From: Candidatus Berkelbacteria bacterium
GTDB lineage: Bacteria > Patescibacteriota > UBA1384 > JACPKC01
Reading direction: 5' to 3'
Assembly (NCBI GenBank): GCA_016198415.1
Contig: JACQIO010000016.1
Coordinates: 6,084-70,083 of the forward strand
DNA length: 64,000 nucleotides
Positions 16,747-27,200 of the stretch are shown here, in pieces. Both the position numbers and the translations under genes were made by a program. Each line of letters opens with the position of its first letter. Position 1 is the first letter of the stretch. The notes under the pieces were generated by a model that made no database searches, was not told the origin of the DNA, and saw only the letters and a program-made list of their open reading frames with translations.

Positions 16747-17685
16747 ATGGCTAAGCCAGCAGACAAGGCCGAGAAGCCGACTCGGCGGAGCCCAAAGAAG
16801 CGATCGGCGCCGGTGGCTGAGGAGCGTCAGAGCGAGGTGAGCTCAGACCCGGCGCTCGAGGCGGAGGTGCTGGACGCGGAGTCGGGCAGCCAGCTTGTGG
16901 ATGAGACGCAGGTGGCGGCCGAAGGGTACGAGCACGGGACGGACACTGATGCCGTGGTGCCGGCCGAGGTGGAGGCGATCCACACGGACACGCCCGTGGT
17001 CCACGAGGCTTCCCGGGAGAAGAAGCGAGCGAGCGAGGCGCCGCCAACTCGGCGGACCGCCACCAAGCCCAAGCGACGGAGCGTTCGCTACCAGCAAGCG
17101 ATCGCCACGCTCAATCTCACCAAGAGCTACCCACTCAGGGCGGCTTTGGAGCAAGCCGTGGCCGGCTCCTACACCAAGTTTGACGGCACGGTGGAGCTGC
17201 ATGTCCGTCTTGCCCCCAAGAAGCGGGGTGAGCCGGTGGCGCTCCGGGGCCTAGTCCAGCTCCCCCACGGGTCCGGCAAGCCGGTCAAGGCGGCCATTCT
17301 CACCGAGGAACTGATCGCAACCATTGCCAAGGAGAAGAGCACGGACTGGGATATCCTCATTGCCCCCAAGTCGCTCATGCCCAAGGTGGCGACGATCGCC
17401 AAGATCCTCGGACCGCAAGGGAAGATGCCGAGCCCCAAAGCCGGCACGGTTTCTAACACGCCCGAGGACGTCCTGGCCTCGATCCAGTCCGGCCGGATTG
17501 AGTACCGGACGGATGCCGGCGGCATTGCCCACCTGCCGATTGGGAAGACCTCCTGGCCAGCGTCCAAGCTCGAGGAGAATGCCCGGGCGATCCTAGGGGC
17601 GTTGCCCCTCGTCCAGTTGACCTCGGTCACCGTGGCTGCCACAATGGGGCCAGGCGTGCGGGTTGATCGGACCAGTCTCAGCTAG
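16747..17685 (+). CDS. rplA: 50S ribosomal protein uL1 with a long N-terminal extension
   Basis: KFDGTVELH, LPHGSGK, ILGPQGKMPSPKAGT and ATMGPGV. Confidence 0.92.
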   Translation: MAKPADKAEKPTRRSPKKRSAPVAEERQSEVSSDPALEAEVLDAESGSQLVDETQVAAEGYEHGTDTDAVVPAEVEAIHTDTPVVHEASREKKRASEAPPTRRTATKPKRRSVRYQQAIATLNLTKSYPLRAALEQAVAGSYTKFDGTVELHVRLAPKKRGEPVALRGLVQLPHGSGKPVKAAILTEELIATIAKEKSTDWDILIAPKSLMPKVATIAKILGPQGKMPSPKAGTVSNTPEDVLASIQSGRIEYRTDAGGIAHLPIGKTSWPASKLEENARAILGALPLVQLTSVTVAATMGPGVRVDRTSLS

Positions 17686-17710
17686 CACTCCGGCGCGCTT
17701 CCCAACCTGG

Positions 17711-18334
17711 ATGATCAAACGAAGGACCCACCCCGGGTTATTCATCGCCTTTGAAGGCTTGGACGGATCCGGTTCAGACATTCACGCAGCGGCCCTGGCT
17801 CGGCTCCTCAGCCGTGACGGGTACAGGGTTGTCCTTCGCCATGAGCCCACCAACAGCATGATCGGTGGGCTCATTCGTGCCCGTCTGGCGGGGGAGTGGG
17901 AGATTGCGCCGGAAACGCTCCAACTCCTCTTCACGGCCGATCGAGCTGAGCACCTCCGGAGCATGATTCTCCCTGGCCTTGAGGCTGGCAAGATCGTCAT
18001 CTGCGATCGCTACGTCCTCTCGGCGCTGGCCTACAACGTGGTCTTAGTCAACGACCGCGAGTGGCTCCGTGCCCTCAACAAGCGCTTCTTGAAGCCGGAT
18101 GTGACGTTCCTCATTCAGGTTGATCCCAAGATCTGCGCGCGTCGGCTGAAAGAGATGCACCTGGAGCTCGAGCTCCATCGGGAAGAGTCCAAGCTAAAAC
18201 ACGTCTGGCGCGAGTACCAGGCCCTGGCGGCGGAGTTTGATGGCGTCCACGTCATCGACGGCGAACGGGACGATGTGGCGATCATTGACGAGATTGCCGA
18301 GCGTGCCAAGGAGGCCCTGAACGAGCGGGCGTGA
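17711..18334 (+). CDS. tmk: Thymidylate kinase
   Basis: FIAFEGLDGSGS (P-loop Lys missing), LLFTADR and ICDRY. Confidence 0.8.
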   Translation: MIKRRTHPGLFIAFEGLDGSGSDIHAAALARLLSRDGYRVVLRHEPTNSMIGGLIRARLAGEWEIAPETLQLLFTADRAEHLRSMILPGLEAGKIVICDRYVLSALAYNVVLVNDREWLRALNKRFLKPDVTFLIQVDPKICARRLKEMHLELELHREESKLKHVWREYQALAAEFDGVHVIDGERDDVAIIDEIAERAKEALNERA

Positions 18335-18347
18335 GTTGCCGTACCCC

Positions 18348-18452
18348 TTGACGGTGGGGAGCTCGCAGGGTACCATCCGGTCAGATTGGTCCCGGAGACT
18401 GCAGGGGTCCGCCGCACTGGCGGACTGAAACCACCACCCTGCTGAGGGCCGT
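18348..18452 (+). promoter_or_regulatory. rplJ promoter and L10 leader
   Basis: TTGACG-17nt-TACCAT, then CCGGAGACTGCAGG...CCTGCTGAGG as in L10_leader RNAs, directly before rplJ. Confidence 0.7.
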
Positions 18453-18529
18453 GAACGACCGTGTGCGTTCTCACCTCGTGTCTCGCCGGTCGGCGGGATT
18501 TTTGTATCAAGAAAAGAGTTTGGAGACGC

Positions 18530-19060
18530 ATGGCCAAAACACGGGCCCAAAAAGAGGCGCAACTGGCTCACTTGGTGAGCGATGTGGCGGGCAAGGCGAC
18601 GGTCTTTACGCGCTACGCCGGCTTGACGGTTCGGGACATGGAGACGCTGCGCGCGGATCTCCGCCGGGTGGGCGGAACGTACCGGGTCAGCAAGACGACC
18701 CTCCTGGCCAAGGCGCTTGAGCAGGCCGGGATCACCGATGTCCCAGCCGAGATCCTCTCCGTCCAACTGGCGATCGCTACCAGCCCCACGGACGGGGTGG
18801 AGGCGGGGAAGATCGTGGTTGGCTTTGCCAAGACCAATGAGTCCATCCAGATCCTTGGCGCCTTGATCGACGGGACCTTTGTTGGCGAGGCCGGGGTCCG
18901 CGCGCTGGCCGCGCTGCCGAGCCGAGCCGAGCTGTACGCCAGGCTGGTGGGGAGCCTCAACGCGCCCCTGTCTGGACTGGTCAACGTCCTGGCCGGCAAT
19001 CTCCGCGGGTTGGTGACGGTCCTCAAGCAGTATCAAGCGAAGGTCGCAAGTAGTCAGTAG
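18530..19060 (+). CDS. rplJ: 50S ribosomal protein uL10
   Basis: YAGLTV, VSKTTL and [11 protein letters not shown]. Confidence 0.93.
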   Translation: MAKTRAQKEAQLAHLVSDVAGKATVFTRYAGLTVRDMETLRADLRRVGGTYRVSKTTLLAKALEQAGITDVPAEILSVQLAIATSPTDGVEAGKIVVGFAKTNESIQILGALIDGTFVGEAGVRALAALPSRAELYARLVGSLNAPLSGLVNVLAGNLRGLVTVLKQYQAKVASSQ

Positions 19061-19080
19061 TCAGTGACGAAAGGAACCCA

Positions 19081-19506
19081 ATGGCCGATGAAGCCAAGAC
19101 AGAAGCAACCAAGCCAGAGGCGAACCCAAAATTCACCAAACTCATCGAGGAGATCAAGGGACTCTCGGTGATGGAACTCTCTGAGCTCGTCAAAGCGCTC
19201 GAGGATGTGCTAGGCGTGAGCGCGGCGGCTCCAGTCGCGATGGTCGCGGCCGGTGGTGCCGCTGGTGGTGCCGCGGCTGCGGAGGAGGAGAAGTCCAGTT
19301 TCACCCTCGACCTGACCGACGCTGGCGCGCAGAAGATCGCCGTTATTAAGGCGGTCCGGGAGATTCGCCCCGATCTGGGTCTGAAAGAGGCCAAGGACCT
19401 GGTGGACGGCGCACCCAAAGAAGTCAAGAAAGACCTGCCCAAGGATGAGGCGGAAGCCGCCAAAGGGAAGCTTGAGGCCGCCGGGGCCAAGGTTGAGTTG
19501 AAGTAA
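19081..19506 (+). CDS. rplL: 50S ribosomal protein bL12
   Basis: [22 protein letters not shown] and AGAKVELK. Confidence 0.97.
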   Translation: MADEAKTEATKPEANPKFTKLIEEIKGLSVMELSELVKALEDVLGVSAAAPVAMVAAGGAAGGAAAAEEEKSSFTLDLTDAGAQKIAVIKAVREIRPDLGLKEAKDLVDGAPKEVKKDLPKDEAEAAKGKLEAAGAKVELK

Positions 19507-19516
19507 CTCGCTCGGC

Positions 19517-19570
19517 TTACACCACAGATACACAGGTCGCCTCGCGGCGACAGGCAGATCTCACAGATAT
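19517..19570 (-). repeat. Dispersed ATCTGTG element, copy 2
   Basis: Reverse complement ATATCTGTGAGATCTGCC-TGTCGCC GCGA GGCGAC-CTGTGTATCTGTGGTGTAA matches the copy at 12748. Confidence 0.75.
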
Positions 19571-19641
19571 CACGAATCGAGCCTTGAGGGCTCTACGTGC
19601 GATCAGATCTGACGAATACGATGGCGTATTGGTCAGATCGA

Positions 19642-19717
19642 CGGCGCGTAGCGCAGCCAGGGAGCGCACTACGTTGGGACGTGGAGGACGTGGGTTCAAA
19701 TCCCATCGCGCCGGCCA
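19642..19717 (+). tRNA. tRNA-Pro-like gene with a 6-nt anticodon loop (atypical or pseudo)
   Basis: Acceptor CGGCGCG/CGCGCCG; D-arm GCGC; T-arm GTGGG-TTCAAAT-CCCAT; CCA end; anticodon arm CTACG-TTGGGA-CGTGG. Confidence 0.7.
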
Positions 19718-19761
19718 GTTCGGACTATGAGGGTAGCCTCGTCGTTCGATACTCAATAGTT

Positions 19762-19837
19762 GGGCCAGTAGCTCAGTGGTGAGAGCGGCGGGGCTTTCAA
19801 CCCCAGCAGGTCGTGGGTTCAAATCCCATCTGGTCCA
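19762..19837 (+). tRNA. tRNA-like gene: Lys-type body, TTC (Glu) anticodon, bulged anticodon stem
   Basis: GGGCCAG/CTGGTCC-A; D-arm GCTC; GCGGGG-CTTTCAA-CCCC(A)GC; T-arm TTCAAAT. Confidence 0.65.
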
Positions 19838-19843
19838 CACACC

Positions 19844-19920
19844 GCAGACGTAGCTCAACTGCGCAGAGCACCCCCGTGGTACGGGGGAAGATGCGGGTTC
19901 AAATCCCGTCGTCAGCTCCA
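19844..19920 (+). tRNA. tRNA-Thr(GGT)-like gene, atypical
   Basis: GCAGACG/CGTCAGC with an A-A mismatch; CCCCC-GTGGTAC-GGGGG; D-loop lacks GG; TCCA end. Confidence 0.7.
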
Positions 19921-20035
19921 GGGCCTACCCTGGCCCAGGGCCCCCTCGGTAAGGAGGGGGCCCTTCCCTTGCCACTTCCCTCGTTCCACTTCTCAAGTGA
20001 AAATTGACAAGTGGAGAGTGTGGTAGGATCGGCGG

Positions 20036-21322
20036 ATGCGGATGCAGCCCTTCACCGTTCTCGCGACTGAGGGCCAGGCCCGGCGGGGACGAATCACGAC
20101 GGCGCATGGCACCATCGAGACACCGGCTTTTGTGCCGTGTGCCACGCATGGGTCGATTCGCGGAGTGCCGACGGATCGATTGAGACCTCGCCGCTCCCTT
20201 CGACCTCGCTCAGGACCGGCCTCCGCCTCGGGAGAGTCCGACATCACTCCCGGGGAGATCCCGCGGCTCGAACTGATCCTCTCCAACATTTATCACCTGA
20301 TGCTCCGGCCGGGGATTGAGGCGATCGAAGCGCTCGGTGGCATCCACCGGTTCATGGGGTGGGAGCGCGCGATCATCACGGATTCCGGTGGTTTCCAAGC
20401 CTTTGTGTTCGCGGAACGAACATCCTCCCGAAGCTCGAAGAACGAAGGGGGACCAGCCCAACTGCGCCAAGGCTTCGCTGGACAACCATCCTTGCGGATG
20501 TCGGAAGAGGGGATGACCTTCCGGTCACACCTCGATGGCTCGACGCACCTCCTGACGCCGGAATCAGTGATCGAGATGCAAGAGCGGATCGGGGTCGACA
20601 TCGGCACCTGTTTGGACGTTTGCACTGGCTTTCCGGTGCCCGAACGCGAGGTCGCGCAGGCGGTCGATCAAACCAATCGCTGGGCCGAGCGCTCGATCGG
20701 TCACTGGTCAAGTGTCACTGGTCAACTGTTACTGTACGGCATGGTGCAAGGGAGTATCTACGAGGACCAGCGCCGTCGATCGGCTGAGTTCATTCGAGCA
20801 CTGCCGTTCGCTGGGTTTGCGATTGGCGGCAACATGTACACCTTTGGGGCGACCCTCGCCGAGCTCGCAGCCCAGAAGCCACGGATGTGGGAGGTGGTTG
20901 GCTACACCGCCTCGCTTCTGCCAGAGGACAAGCCGCGGCACCTCTTGGGGGTAGGGGAGCCGAGCGACCTGATTGCTGGGGTCAAGCAGGGGATCGACAC
21001 CTTCGATTGCGTCATGGCGACGCGGATTGCTCGGCACGGGTCCGCTTGGGTCCGGACCGAGCCGGAGGGGTGGGCCTATCGGCGCGAGAATCTCCGGTCG
21101 GCCGAGTTTTCCCGATCGACGGCACCCATCGATGCGCGGTGTGCCTGCCTAGCTTGCCGCCGGCGTGTGCCGCGGGGGTACCTGCGCCACCTCCTGGTCG
21201 AACAGGATCCGGTGGCGGCTGAGCTCCTCACCCTCCACAACCTGACCTTCCTGGCCACGCTCATGGCCGAGATTCGCTCAAGCCTCGAGGTGGGGACGTT
21301 CACGGACCGCTTTGGCGGTTGA
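20036..21322 (+). CDS. tgt: tRNA-guanine transglycosylase with in-frame insertions
   Basis: TDSGGFQ, FRSHLDGS, VQGS, HLLGVG, GIDTFDCV and the CxCxxC...H zinc site. Confidence 0.93.
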   Translation: MRMQPFTVLATEGQARRGRITTAHGTIETPAFVPCATHGSIRGVPTDRLRPRRSLRPRSGPASASGESDITPGEIPRLELILSNIYHLMLRPGIEAIEALGGIHRFMGWERAIITDSGGFQAFVFAERTSSRSSKNEGGPAQLRQGFAGQPSLRMSEEGMTFRSHLDGSTHLLTPESVIEMQERIGVDIGTCLDVCTGFPVPEREVAQAVDQTNRWAERSIGHWSSVTGQLLLYGMVQGSIYEDQRRRSAEFIRALPFAGFAIGGNMYTFGATLAELAAQKPRMWEVVGYTASLLPEDKPRHLLGVGEPSDLIAGVKQGIDTFDCVMATRIARHGSAWVRTEPEGWAYRRENLRSAEFSRSTAPIDARCACLACRRRVPRGYLRHLLVEQDPVAAELLTLHNLTFLATLMAEIRSSLEVGTFTDRFGG

Positions 21323-21357
21323 CAACGGGCCCACTAACAGGTATACTCGAGCCTGCA

Positions 21358-21717
21358 ATGACCCCCGACGAGGCACGACGAATCCCACCAGCCGGCGAGC
21401 CAATCGCACCGGCCCCAGTGGCTGAGCCGAACGTCCAGAGTGGTGACATCCTGCCCATCCCTGAGTCAAGCGGTCCTCCGGAAGCTGCCCCGGCCGCGGA
21501 GACGGTTCAGAGCGAGTTGATTGAACCGACACCAGACCAATCGACACCAACGTCTCCAGCGCCTCAGACCGAAGCCAAGCCCGGTGTTGCTGCCGATCCG
21601 CCCCATCCCGAGACCAAGCCAGTCGCCCAGAGCTCTGTGGTCGCAGGACCCAACGGGGCCGTCACGGGCCTGCCCAGCATCGAAGCCACCGTTGGCACGC
21701 TCACCAACGCCGCCTAA
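21358..21717 (+). CDS. Pro-rich hypothetical protein
   Basis: Promoter TTGACA-17nt-TATACT at 21319-21347; Pro/Glu/Ala-rich ORF. Confidence 0.65.
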   Translation: MTPDEARRIPPAGEPIAPAPVAEPNVQSGDILPIPESSGPPEAAPAAETVQSELIEPTPDQSTPTSPAPQTEAKPGVAADPPHPETKPVAQSSVVAGPNGAVTGLPSIEATVGTLTNAA

Positions 21718-21780
21718 GGCGCTCATCACGCCGTCGTCCCGTCACTCCTCCTCTGGTACAATGGACTGGAGCGAGTCACA

Positions 21781-24261
21781 TTGACGGGTTTTGCATTTCT
21801 CCTCCTGATACTGGGACTGGCTGGGGCTGGTGGCTGGCTCTGGCTTGATCGTTATCGAGAACGATTGGGGAGTGAGCGCGCCCGAGACCTCGTCCTCTTG
21901 AAGGTCCTAGTCCCCAAGGAGTCTGGTGAGTCGCAAGACGAGACCGGAAAGCGAGACTTCCGGGAAACGATGTCGGTGGCGGAGCAGTTCCTGGCCAGCT
22001 TTGCCTCGCTCCACAAAGAGGGGCTCCTGGAGTGGATTCCCGGTCAGCCCACCATTAGCTTGGAGTTCGTGGCCAAGAACGGGCTCCTGACGTTCTACAT
22101 TGCTGTCCCCAAGGCGTTCCGAGAGCTGGCCGAGCGGCAGCTTCACAGCTACTACCCCTACGCCCAGATCGAGCCGAGCGAAGCGTTCCGCATCTTTTCC
22201 GAGACGGTCTATCCGGAGGGCATGTACGTCAAAACCAAGAAGACGTACGTCCTCCCTATCAAAACCTACAAGGAGCTCGAGAGCGATCCGCTGAACGCCA
22301 TCACCAACGCCTTCAGCAAGCTCCCCGATGGAGTCAATGCCGGGTTCCAGCTCCTCCTCCGGCCCACCTCGGGAGCCTGGCGGGACAAGACCGTCCACGC
22401 CGCCAAATCGGTGGCGCAAGGCAAGAATCTGACCAAATCGCACTGGGCGCTTCAGGCGCTCAATGCGGTTGTGTCCTCGCTTCGCAGTGGCGGAGCCGCG
22501 GCTGAGGAGAAAGAGAAGGAGAAGGAGACCGTTCGCCTGACGCCCATCCAAGAAGAAGTGATGAAGGGAATCCAGGAGAAGGGGAGTAAGGTCGGTTTCT
22601 CGGCCCAGCTGCGGGTGATTGTCCTGTCTCCCACCTCCACCAACGAGGCCAAGATCGCCCTGGACAACATCGCCTCGTCGCTCGGCCAGTACACCGCGCC
22701 CGAGATGAACTACCTGAAGAAAGTTGGGGCGACGGACGCCAAGCAGTTTGCCACCGATTTCATCCTCCGCCGGTTCCGAGAGCGCGCCCCGTCGTCCATC
22801 CTCAACACCGAGGAGCTGGCTTCCCTCTACCACGTGCCCAACGAGTTCATTGAGACGCCCAACATTGAGTGGCTGGCCGCTCGGACCATGGCGCCCCCAT
22901 CTAACTTACCGCCGGAGGACCCCAACGCCGTCATCCTCGGCAAGAGCGTCTACCGAGGTGAGGAGCGGCCGGTCAGGATCAAGCAGGACGATCGGCGCCG
23001 TCACCTCTACTCGATTGGAAAAACTGGCGTGGGCAAGACGACGCTCTTCATCCACCAGATCGAACAGGACATCAAGGCGGGCCGAGGGGTGGCGTACCTG
23101 GATCCCAATGGGGACGCCATCGAGTCGATTCTGACGATCATTCCCAAGGAGCGGGCCGAGGACGTCGTCCTCTTTGATCCGGCCGACCTGGAGCGGCCGA
23201 TGGGACTCAACGTCCTTGAGTGGAAGCGGCTGGAAGACCGCGACTTCCTGGTGGCCGAGTGGCTGGAGATCTTCTACAAGCTCTTTGATCCCAATCGAAC
23301 CGGCATGGTCGGTCCGCAGTTTGAGCACTGGGGGCGGAACGCCTCGCTCTCCGTCATGGCCCGGCCCGGTGGGGGGACGCTCATCGATATCCCACGGCTC
23401 TTCACGGACGATGCGTTCCGGGACGACACGCTCCGGTACGTGACCGATCCGGTCGTCAAGGCATTCTGGGAGCAACAGATGGCCAAGACCGCTGACTTCC
23501 ATAAGTCGGAGATGTACAACTACTTCATCAGTAAGTTCGGTCGTTTCATGACGAACGATCTCATTCGCAACATCATTGGCCAGACCAAGAGCGCCTTCGA
23601 CATTCGCGAGTTGATGGATGGCCATAAGATCTTCCTGGTCAACTTGAGTAAGGGGAAGATTGGTGAGACCAACTCTCACCTGCTGGGTATGATCTTAGTG
23701 GCCAAGATGCAGGTGGCGGCCTTTCAGCGCGCCGACACGCCCGAGGCAGATCGGAAAGACTTCTACCTCTACGTGGATGAGTTCCAGAACTTCACCACCG
23801 ACACGTTCAAGACGATTCTCTCTGAGGCACGGAAGTACCGCCTGAACCTCAACATCACCAACCAGTACATTGCCCAGTTGCCAGAAGAGATTCGAGACGC
23901 TGTCATCGGCAACGCCGGGACCCTCATCTCCATGCGCGTGGGCGCGGCTGACGCTGAGTTTCTCGAGAAGGAGTTCCCCAACGTGACCGAGCACGACCTC
24001 GTCAACCTGCCCTTTGCGAGCTCCTACACCAAGCTCCTGATTGACGGGACACCCACCAAGCCGTTCTCGATGATGACCATCAAGACGGCCACTCCGCCGA
24101 ATGCGGAACTGGGAGCGGCCATCCGTGAGCTCTCGCGCCTCAAGTATGGGAAGGAGAAGCGGCAGGTTGAGCAGGAGATGGAACAGCGCTACCAAGCCAA
24201 GAATCCCTTTGCACCAGACAATCTTCACATTCCGGACGTGCCGCCGGGACGGGAAGGGTAG
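21781..24261 (+). CDS. TraD/TrwB (T4SS coupling protein)/HerA-like ATPase, paralog 1
   Basis: N-terminal TM; Walker A GKTGVGKT; Walker B LYVDEFQ; SEARKY. Confidence 0.85.
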   Translation: MTGFAFLLLILGLAGAGGWLWLDRYRERLGSERARDLVLLKVLVPKESGESQDETGKRDFRETMSVAEQFLASFASLHKEGLLEWIPGQPTISLEFVAKNGLLTFYIAVPKAFRELAERQLHSYYPYAQIEPSEAFRIFSETVYPEGMYVKTKKTYVLPIKTYKELESDPLNAITNAFSKLPDGVNAGFQLLLRPTSGAWRDKTVHAAKSVAQGKNLTKSHWALQALNAVVSSLRSGGAAAEEKEKEKETVRLTPIQEEVMKGIQEKGSKVGFSAQLRVIVLSPTSTNEAKIALDNIASSLGQYTAPEMNYLKKVGATDAKQFATDFILRRFRERAPSSILNTEELASLYHVPNEFIETPNIEWLAARTMAPPSNLPPEDPNAVILGKSVYRGEERPVRIKQDDRRRHLYSIGKTGVGKTTLFIHQIEQDIKAGRGVAYLDPNGDAIESILTIIPKERAEDVVLFDPADLERPMGLNVLEWKRLEDRDFLVAEWLEIFYKLFDPNRTGMVGPQFEHWGRNASLSVMARPGGGTLIDIPRLFTDDAFRDDTLRYVTDPVVKAFWEQQMAKTADFHKSEMYNYFISKFGRFMTNDLIRNIIGQTKSAFDIRELMDGHKIFLVNLSKGKIGETNSHLLGMILVAKMQVAAFQRADTPEADRKDFYLYVDEFQNFTTDTFKTILSEARKYRLNLNITNQYIAQLPEEIRDAVIGNAGTLISMRVGAADAEFLEKEFPNVTEHDLVNLPFASSYTKLLIDGTPTKPFSMMTIKTATPPNAELGAAIRELSRLKYGKEKRQVEQEMEQRYQAKNPFAPDNLHIPDVPPGREG

Positions 24262-24267
24262 GGGAGG

Positions 24268-27200
24268 ATGCTGACCATCATTCTCCTCCTCATTCTCGCG
24301 GTGGCCGGTTGGTTTGGCTGGCGGGCCTTCCAGCAGTGGCGCTTGGCCCGCCGGGCCGAGGAGTACGCCGGCTGGCTGGGCTCGCAGCGCTCGATCATTC
24401 TCCACGTCCTCGTCCCCAAGAACAACGAGAAGACGCCCCTGGCGGCCGAGCAGTTCTTTGCGGCCATCCACGGCGTCTTCCGGGAGGGCGCTGACTTTCA
24501 GGAGCAGATCAGCTTTGAGCTGGTCAGTCACGACACCTTCATCCATTTCTACCTCCACGTCCCAGCCCACCTCAAAGAGTTCGTTGAGGGCCAGCTCTAC
24601 GCCCAGTACCCGCAGATTGAGATTCAGGAGGTCGAGGATTACCTGACGCCGCTCGTGCCTTCCCAGGCGATGCTCGGTGCCGAGCTCGTCCAGACCAAGG
24701 ACCCGGTCTATCCCATTCTGACCTTCCAGAATTTCACCGTTGATCCGCTCTCGGGGATCACGGCCGTGCTCGGCAACCTCGGTGCGGGCCAGCAGCTCTA
24801 CGTGCAGATCGTCATCAAGCCGGTTGCCGAGTCCTGGCAGGAGCGAGGCGTCAAGTTTGTGGCTGCCAAACGACTCGGCGTTCCGCTCAAAAAGCCGAGC
24901 GGCTTTGTCCAGCTCATCGGGGTGGCCAGTCGCGTGGTCGTCAGTATCCTCCAGACCATCTTCCTACCGTCTGGTGGGGGCGGGGAAGGGGCGGCTGAGG
25001 CGGCGCCCGCCAAAGAGCCGGACAAGCGGCCCGAACTCTCGGCGCCAGAAGAAGCGGCCTTGAAGGGGATTGAGTCCAAGGTCACCAAGTTGGGGTATGC
25101 CGTCAGGATTCGTCTCCTCGCCGTCGCGTCGGATCCCTACACCGCCCGGAGCCGGATTGAGGCGATCAGCGGTGCCTTCAAGCAGTTCAACACCAATAAC
25201 CTGAACGGCTTTCGCTCGGCGATTGTGGACCAGGTTGAGCCATTCCTCCACGCCATGAAGGCGCGTGAGTTTGCTGGCGACGGCATGATTCTCAACACCG
25301 AGGAGCTGGCCTCGCTCTACCACTTGCCGTCGGTCAGCGTGGAGACCCCCAATATGATGTGGGCCGGGAGCAAGAAGGGGGAGCCTCCGGCCAACCTACC
25401 GGTAGCCGGCCGAGACGACGAGTCAGACATCACCTTCCTGGGCATGACGGACTTCCGGAACAATCGGCACAAGTTTGGGATCAAGTCGAAAGATCGCGGT
25501 CTCCACATGTACACCATCGGCAAGACCGGCACGGGGAAGTCAACCCTCCTCCTCAACATGGTCATCGACGATATCCAGAAGGGGAAAGGGGTGGCGGTGG
25601 TTGATCCACACGGGCAGCTCATTCAAGACGTCCTCGAGCGTCTCCCACCCCACCGGACGAACGACGTCATCTACTTCAATCCGGCCGATCGAGATCACCC
25701 GATCGGTTTCAACCTGTTTGAGAGCGTTGATCCAGACCTTCGCAACGTCGTGGCCTCTGGCATCCTGAGCATCTTCAAGAAGCTTTGGGCCGACTCCTGG
25801 GGCCCGCGACTTGAGTACATCCTTCGGAATGCCATCCTCGCCCTCATGTACTATCCGGACACGACCCTCCTGGGGATCAACCGGCTCTTGACCGATCCAG
25901 CCTATGAGCGGCGGGTGATTCGCAAGGTGACCGATCCCGTGGTCCGAGACTTCTTTGAGAACGAGTACGACATGTACGATCCCAAGTTCCGCCGTGAGGC
26001 GATCGCGCCCATTCAGAACAAGGTGGGCCAGTTCCTCTCCTCGAGCACCATCCGCAACATCCTCGGTCAACCGCAGAGCTCCTTCAACATGCGCGAGGTC
26101 ATGGACGAGGGGAAGATTCTGCTCCTGGATCTCTCGATTGGCCGGATTGGTGAAGACAACGCCTCGCTCCTTGGTTCCATGCTGATCACCAAGATTCAGT
26201 TGGCGGCGATGAGTCGGGCCGATATCCCAGAGGCCGAGCGGCGCGACTTCTACCTCTACGTTGATGAGTTCCAGAACTTTGCCACCGAGTCCTTTGCCGT
26301 CATTCTCTCTGAGGCTCGGAAGTACCACCTCAATCTGAGCCTGACGAACCAGTACATTGCCCAGATGCCAGAGGTAGTGGCTAAGGCCATCTTTGGGAAC
26401 GTCGGCACGATTATTTCGTTTCGAGTTGGTCCGAGCGATGCGGCTGGCCTGGCCAAAGAGTTTGAGCCAGTCTTTGAGTCGCAGGACCTGATCAACCTCG
26501 ATAACTACCACATCTACGTGAAGATGGCGATCGATGGGGTGACGCGGCCGGCGTTCTCGTCCAAGACGTTACCGCCCATGAATGTCCAGCCAAGCCGGGA
26601 GAACTACGAGAAGGTTGTTCGGGTATCCAGAGAGCGCTACGCCTCACCACGCGTCTTTGTGGAACAGAAGATTCAGGACTGGGCGGACGACGTCCAGGTC
26701 AAGCAGGCGCAGGAGTGGCGCCGGAAGATTGAGGAGCGAGAGCAGGGGAGTGGTGGCACCCCGGGGACGCCACCCTCACCAGCTGGGGCCAGTCAGCCGC
26801 GACCGGAACCGCGCCGGGAGCCGGAGTACCGCAATCGGAACGACTTTGTGAAGTTTGTCGACGATACCAAGCCGACTCCATCGCCAGCGCCACGCTCAGT
26901 TGCTCCACGACCCCCAGCGGCGCCGAGTGGCCAGGGTGGCCGGCCCTCCTCCAATCGGGATGCCGATCGGAGTCGTCGGTCTCGAGGAGGGAGGAATCGC
27001 CGTGGTCCCGCTGGATCTGGAGGGCAGGGGAGTGGTCAGGCCCCATCCACTGGATCTCGGCCGAGCGGGCCACCGAGAACTCGCGGGCCGGAGCAGGGGA
27101 GTCGACCAGCTCCAGCAGCTCTGAGCCCGAGTCAACCACAACCGGCGCAGCCGCCCAAACAAGAGGGGAGTGCCGAACCCATTCGACCCAACCCACCGCC

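Noticed and set aside
19762-19837. Opal (TCA) suppressor tRNA or TGA recoding
   Set aside because: The 7-nt loop places TTC, not TCA, at the anticodon; RF2 is present and many genes end correctly at TGA
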